19,506 nt of DNA, from positions 1 to 19,506 of the forward strand of contig JAKFBU010000017.1 in assembly GCA_036676985.1 (NCBI GenBank), read 5' to 3'. Position 1 is the first letter of the stretch. Each line of letters begins with the position of its first letter. Below, one piece after another: positions 15,615 through 19,506 of this stretch. The notes beneath the pieces are model-generated. The model searched no databases and was not told the DNA's origin. It worked only from the letters and a program-made list of their open reading frames with translations. The DNA is from Candidatus Sericytochromatia bacterium. GTDB taxonomy: Bacteria > Cyanobacteriota > Sericytochromatia > S15B-MN24 > UBA4093. The position numbers and the translations under genes were made by a program.

Positions 15615-16703
15615 CTACATCGTCGTAGGAACGTTCGAGTTGATGACGATGCTCGCCTGGGGCAGGCTCGCGCCGCTACCGCTCTTGGGGAGCACGATGG
15701 TCAGCAGGCCGTTGAGGAAGTTGGCCTGGATCTGACCGGGCAGCACGCCCACCGGCAGGGGCAGGACGCGACGGAGGGTGCCGAAGCGGCCCTCGGCGAA
15801 GTGGTAGTTCACGGTAACGGTCCCGTTGCTCCAGGTGGGGCGACGGAAGGCGTTGAGCACGAGGCTCGAGCCGTGGATCTGGAGGTTGACGTCCTTGAGG
15901 TCGACGCCGGGCAGCTCGACGACGAGCAGGAAGGCATCGGGGGTCTCGGCCGAGTTCACGGCGGGAATGCTGTAGGCATCGGTGCCGTAGGTCGGCATGC
16001 CCTCGATGGGCCGGATCATGTTCTCGCTGGTCCGGGCGTAGGGCAGCTGCTCCTGAGGACGCATGGTCTCGAAGGAGCGGTTGAAGTCATACGGACGGGC
16101 CTCGAACTGGCGCGCCCAATCGAACGAGCGGGCGTAGTCGTAGGGACGGGTGTAGTCGTACGAACGCTGCCAGTCGTACTGACGGGTGTAGTCGTACGGA
16201 CGGGCGTAGTCGAACTGCTGGCGGAAGTACTCCGGACGGTTGTAGTCGAACTGACGGAAGTACTCCGGACGGTTGTAGTCGAACTGGCGGAAGTACTCCG
16301 GACGGTTGTAGTCGAACTGACGGAAGTACTCCGGGCGGTTGTAGTCGAACTGGCGGAAGTACTCCGGACGGTTGTAGTCGAACTGGCGGAAGTACTCCGG
16401 GCGGTTGTAGTCGAACTGCTGCCGGAAGTACTCCGGACGGGCGTAGCCGAAGCGCGGATCGTAGCCCTGGTAGGCGGGGGTGTAGTAAGGGGCCGCGGCA
16501 TAGGCCGAGGTCGGCATGTAGCCCCACGGAGCAACCGCGTTATACCCGGAATAGAAGGGCGCGCCATAGACCTGAGGATCGATCATGCCCTGCCGCGAGT
16601 AGTCGCTGTAATAGAGGCGGTTGAGGTCGTGGCGAATGCCATCCTGGCCGAAGCCGGAAAAGCCCGGGTGGAACGAGGAAGTGAGCGAAGGGGTCATCAA
16701 CAT
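15615..16703 (-). CDS. Hsp20/alpha-crystallin family small heat-shock protein with a very long Tyr/Phe/Arg-rich repetitive N-terminal extension (362 aa)
   Basis: Alpha-crystallin domain motifs ETPDAFLLVVELPGVD, EGRFGTLRRVLPLP, IQANFLNGLLTIVLPK and C-terminal IVI (IxI). AAAGGAG RBS before ATG 16703. Confidence 0.9.
   Translation of the reverse strand: MLMTPSLTSSFHPGFSGFGQDGIRHDLNRLYYSDYSRQGMIDPQVYGAPFYSGYNAVAPWGYMPTSAYAAAPYYTPAYQGYDPRFGYARPEYFRQQFDYNRPEYFRQFDYNRPEYFRQFDYNRPEYFRQFDYNRPEYFRQFDYNRPEYFRQFDYNRPEYFRQQFDYARPYDYTRQYDWQRSYDYTRPYDYARSFDWARQFEARPYDFNRSFETMRPQEQLPYARTSENMIRPIEGMPTYGTDAYSIPAVNSAETPDAFLLVVELPGVDLKDVNLQIHGSSLVLNAFRRPTWSNGTVTVNYHFAEGRFGTLRRVLPLPVGVLPGQIQANFLNGLLTIVLPKSGSGASLPQASIVINSNVPTTM
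16203..16439 (-). repeat. Coding tandem repeat: 7 units (5 x 33 bp, outer two 36 bp) encoding RPEYFRQ(Q)FDY(N/A)
   Basis: GGAAGTACTCCGG recurs seven times at 33/36-bp spacing with no spacers. Units differ by synonymous Arg codons, one extra Gln codon in the outer units, and a final Asn to Ala change. Confidence 0.97.
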
Positions 16704-16823
16704 GAGTACGGTTACTCCTTTCGGGGGGCCGACGCACGGCCCGTCATGGGGGCGAGTGACGTTGGCCAGGGAACGTGAGGGTTCGTTGTCAGGGTGTTTG
16801 AGGTGCGCCTCGGAACAGGAAAG

Positions 16824-16852
16824 AACATATCGTTCGGATGGCAACCTGTCAA
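16824..16852 (-). promoter_or_regulatory. Sigma70-type promoter of the Hsp20 gene
   Basis: Minus strand TTGACA-17 bp-TATGTT; a further perfect TATAAT at 16859-16864. Confidence 0.65.
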
Positions 16853-17035
16853 ACGAACATTATAACGTCGTGGTGTCATCAATCCCGCTCGGCGAGCGAC
16901 TCAGCGGGGGGCTACAAAGCTGTAACCATCTAGGGTTGAGCATCAAGCACCCGGTTTGGCGGCAAGGGGCACCGGGCCGAGTCTTCCCCGGCGAAATTTC
17001 CTCGGGGGCTGAATCGGTGCGCCCCATGGAGGGTG

Positions 17036-17063
17036 TTGAGTTCAAGAGGCCGGATGATATAGT
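17036..17063 (+). promoter_or_regulatory. Sigma70-type promoter of the response regulator
   Basis: TTGAGT-16 bp-TATAGT with TG extension. Confidence 0.55.
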
Positions 17064-17103
17064 GGTTTGCGTCTGATCATTCAGCGTGAAAGCGGAACAG
17101 CGC

Positions 17104-17487
17104 ATGCCCCAAAAAATCTTGGTCGTGGAAGACGAAGTGACCAACCGCGAGGTGGCCGAGGTCATCCTCAAGAACCAGGGCTTCGAGGTGCTCGTGGCGA
17201 ACAATGGCCAGGAAGCCATCGAGATGGTCCAGCGGACCCCGCCCGACCTGATCGTGATGGACATCCTCATGCCGGTGCTGGACGGCCTCTCCGCGACGCG
17301 CGAGCTGAAGGCCGACCCGAAGACGGCCCACATCCCCATCCTCGTGGTGACCGCCAAGGCCTCCAACAGCGATCGCGACGCCGCCGAAGCGGCCGGTTGC
17401 GACGGCTTCCTTGCCAAACCCTACCGCAACAAGTCTCTGGTGGAGACGGTCCGCCAGTTCTTACCGGCGCAAGCCCCCAGTCCCTGA
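17104..17487 (+). CDS. Single-domain response regulator (CheY/DivK-like receiver)
   Basis: [23 protein letters not shown] (phospho-Asp), VTA, FLAKP; no output domain. Alternative start GTG 17086. Confidence 0.93.
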   Translation: MPQKILVVEDEVTNREVAEVILKNQGFEVLVANNGQEAIEMVQRTPPDLIVMDILMPVLDGLSATRELKADPKTAHIPILVVTAKASNSDRDAAEAAGCDGFLAKPYRNKSLVETVRQFLPAQAPSP

Positions 17488-17538
17488 GCCGCGCGGCCCG
17501 ACCGGCCTTGCCGCAGGGCATCGACACTCCCTCGCAGC

Positions 17539-17566
17539 TTGTAATGGCGCCATTCGTGGCTATGAT
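17539..17566 (+). promoter_or_regulatory. Putative promoter of the sigma factor gene with an internal palindrome
   Basis: TTGTAA-16 bp-TATGAT; perfect palindrome AATGGCGCCATT at 17543-17554. Confidence 0.5.
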
Positions 17567-17654
17567 GGACCATGGATCGCCCTCAGATGGCTTGAGAGCT
17601 CGGTTTGGGTCCCTCTGGCCGTGGGCGTTCCATGCGAAGAGGGAGGCAGGTGCC

Positions 17655-18689
17655 ATGGATACGCACGGCGCAACAGATGGCCAGCTGTTCGACGAGCTCC
17701 TCACGGACGTGCCCGACGCGCCCGCCCACGACCTGGAGGAGATTGAGCATCAGCCGGAAGAACCCGGCTTGCGGGTGAGCTTCTTGGAAGAGGAGGCCCA
17801 ACCCTTCGAGGAGGCCCATCCTCCGGAGGCCGAAAAGGCCGAGAAGGTTGCCGCACCGGCCGATCCGGTCCAGGCGTACCTGCGCTCGATCGGAGCCATT
17901 CCGCTCCTGAAGGCGGACGAGGAGCTCAAGATCGCCCGCGACATGGGCCTGCCGGGACCGGTCGGCGAGCGCGCCCGCCAGCGCATGATCGAGGCGAACC
18001 TGCGACTGGTGGTCAGCGTCGCCAAGAAGTACCTGGGACGCGGCCTCTCCTTCCTGGACCTGATCCAGGAGGGAAACCTGGGCCTCATCCGGGCCGTCGA
18101 GAAGTTCGACTACACGCGCGGCTACAAGTTCTCGACCTACGCCACCTGGTGGATCCGCCAGGCCATCACGCGGGCCTTAGCCGACAAGGCCCGCACCATC
18201 CGGATCCCCGTCCACCTAGTCGAGACCATCAATCGTCTGCGGGCCATCTCCCAGCGCCTCACGCAGCGACTCGGCCGCAAGCCGACCGACGAGGAGATCG
18301 CGGCGGAGGCCAACGTGACGGTCGAGAAGATCAACGAGATCAAGAAGGTGGTCAAGGACACCATCTCGCTGGAGACGCCCATCGGCAAGGAAGAGGACAG
18401 CCGGCTCGGGGACTTCATCATCGATCGCGAGGCACCGGGCCCGGCCTCGGCGGTGGCCTCCCTCCTCCTGCAAGAGGAGATCCGCGGCATCCTGGGCACC
18501 CTGAGCGAGCGCGAGCGCCAGGTGGTGGAGCTGCGCTTCGGCATCGGCGACGGTCACGTCCACACCCTCGAGGAGATCGGACGCCTCTTCGGCGTCACTC
18601 GCGAACGGGTGCGCCAGATCGAGGGCAAGGCCCTCGCGAAGCTGAAGCATGCCATGACCGAGCGGCGCATGATCGAGTACATCGAATAG
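17655..18689 (+). CDS. RpoD/SigA-family sigma-70 factor, probably a group 2 (non-primary) paralogue (344 aa)
   Basis: GGAGG RBS. Region 1.2 [11 protein letters not shown]; region 2 [13 protein letters not shown]...[10 protein letters not shown]...[14 protein letters not shown]; region 3 ISLETPIG; region 4 [18 protein letters not shown]. Confidence 0.93.
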   Translation: MDTHGATDGQLFDELLTDVPDAPAHDLEEIEHQPEEPGLRVSFLEEEAQPFEEAHPPEAEKAEKVAAPADPVQAYLRSIGAIPLLKADEELKIARDMGLPGPVGERARQRMIEANLRLVVSVAKKYLGRGLSFLDLIQEGNLGLIRAVEKFDYTRGYKFSTYATWWIRQAITRALADKARTIRIPVHLVETINRLRAISQRLTQRLGRKPTDEEIAAEANVTVEKINEIKKVVKDTISLETPIGKEEDSRLGDFIIDREAPGPASAVASLLLQEEIRGILGTLSERERQVVELRFGIGDGHVHTLEEIGRLFGVTRERVRQIEGKALAKLKHAMTERRMIEYIE

Positions 18690-18711
18690 CCCGTCGAACG
18701 CCTCCTCATCG

Positions 18712-18749
18712 GCCTCTCCCGCCCGGCGCGGGGGAGGCTCGCTTTTCTT
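18712..18749 (+). terminator. Intrinsic terminator after the sigma factor gene
   Basis: 11-bp stem GCCTCTCCCGC / GCGGGGGAGGC (one G-U pair) followed by TCGCTTTTCTT. Confidence 0.7.
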
Positions 18750-18784
18750 GTGGTAGATCGTTTAGCAAGTGTGATCCCCCGCTC

Positions 18785-18813
18785 TTGATTTTCGAACAAA
18801 GATTCGATAGCAT
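18785..18813 (+). promoter_or_regulatory. recA promoter with a LexA (SOS/Cheo-type) box in the spacer
   Basis: TTGATT-17 bp-TAGCAT. The spacer contains TCGAAC-AAAG-ATTCGA, one mismatch from TCGAAC-N4-GTTCGA. Confidence 0.75.
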
Positions 18814-18865
18814 GAGCTAGTCAACTGAAAGGACGCCCATGCGCAGAAAAGGAGATCGGACCGAG

Positions 18866-19506
18866 ATGCCGAAAGAAGTAGCGACGCTGGTGCCGCGTGA
18901 GACCTCGAGCGAAAAGCGGAAGGCCCTGGACCTGGCCCTGGCCGGGATCGAAAAGCAGTTCGGCAAGGGCTCGATCATGAAGCTCGGGGACAACGCCCGC
19001 ATGAAGGTGGGCGTGGTGCCCACGGGCATCCTCCCCCTGGACATCGCGCTGGGCGTGGGCGGCCTGCCCAAGGGCCGTATCGTCGAGGTCTACGGCCCGG
19101 AGTCGGGCGGTAAGACCACCGTGAGCCTGACGGTCGTGGCCCAGGTCCAGAAGTTGGGCGGCATCGCGGCCTTCATCGACGCGGAGCACGCGCTGGATCC
19201 CCAGTACGCCGCCAAGCTCGGCGTGGACGTGGAGAACCTGCTGGTCTCGCAGCCCGACACCGGCGAGCAGGCGCTCGAGATCGCCGACGCCCTGGTCAAG
19301 AGCTGCGCGGTGGACATCATCGTCGTGGACTCGGTGGCGGCGCTCGTTCCCAAGGCCGAGATCGAGGGCGACATGGGCGACAGCCACGTGGGCCTGCAGG
19401 CCCGCCTCATGAGCCAGGCCCTGCGCAAGCTCACGGCGAGCATCGGCAAGTCCAACACCATCGTCATCTTCATCAACCAGCTGCGCGAGAAGGTCGGTGT
19501 CATGTT
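18866..19506 (+). CDS. recA: Recombinase RecA, 3'-truncated by the window edge (absent from the ORF track)
   Basis: Manual translation gives [25 protein letters not shown]...[21 protein letters not shown]...[10 protein letters not shown]...[12 protein letters not shown]...[16 protein letters not shown]...[12 protein letters not shown]...[13 protein letters not shown]. In-frame alternative ATG at 18839. Confidence 0.98.
   Translation, partial: MPKEVATLVPRETSSEKRKALDLALAGIEKQFGKGSIMKLGDNARMKVGVVPTGILPLDIALGVGGLPKGRIVEVYGPESGGKTTVSLTVVAQVQKLGGIAAFIDAEHALDPQYAAKLGVDVENLLVSQPDTGEQALEIADALVKSCAVDIIVVDSVAALVPKAEIEGDMGDSHVGLQARLMSQALRKLTASIGKSNTIVIFINQLREKVGVM

Noticed and set aside
16203-16439. CRISPR array interpretation of the 33-bp repeats
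   Set aside because: Units are head-to-tail with no unique spacers, preserve a reading frame with silent changes, and no cas genes are present.
15552-16778. 408-aa plus-strand ORF (VVVELAEVLRT repeats) and the two alternative minus-frame ORFs across the repeat
   Set aside because: Shadow frames. Repeat variation is non-synonymous in them, and only the Hsp20 frame has an RBS, promoter and known domain.
16865-17035. Possible riboswitch or sRNA between hsp20 and the response regulator
   Set aside because: A few short hairpins exist, but no convincing match to c-di-GMP or other aptamer consensus could be made by eye; an Rfam scan would be needed.
17067-17654. Apparent 196-aa N-terminal extension of the sigma factor overlapping the response regulator
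   Set aside because: It overlaps the receiver gene in another frame; a GGAGG RBS and a separate promoter support ATG 17655.
18817-19503. Minus-strand ORFs at the right end of the window
   Set aside because: They are antisense to recA, which the ORF track missed only because it lacks a stop codon within the window.

Overview
High-GC bacterial chromosomal window, mostly housekeeping: speB, HU, gmk-rpoZ-coaBC-priA, a single-domain response regulator, an RpoD-like sigma factor and the 5' part of recA with a Gram-positive-type SOS box. The left half is a cell-envelope block: partial S8 protease with Fn3 domains, three small exported or membrane proteins, an LCP protein, and three co-oriented beta-propeller lipoproteins, two of which share an N-terminal domain I cannot assign. 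The most unusual element is a small heat-shock (Hsp20) gene at 15615-16703. Its ~245-aa, Lys-free, Tyr/Phe/Arg-rich N-terminal extension contains seven near-perfect RPEYFRQFDYN repeats whose base substitutions are almost all silent, making it a candidate bacterial prion-like or condensate-forming sHsp. No rRNA, tRNA, CRISPR array or mobile element was recognised. All calls come from reading motifs by eye; no database searches were run.
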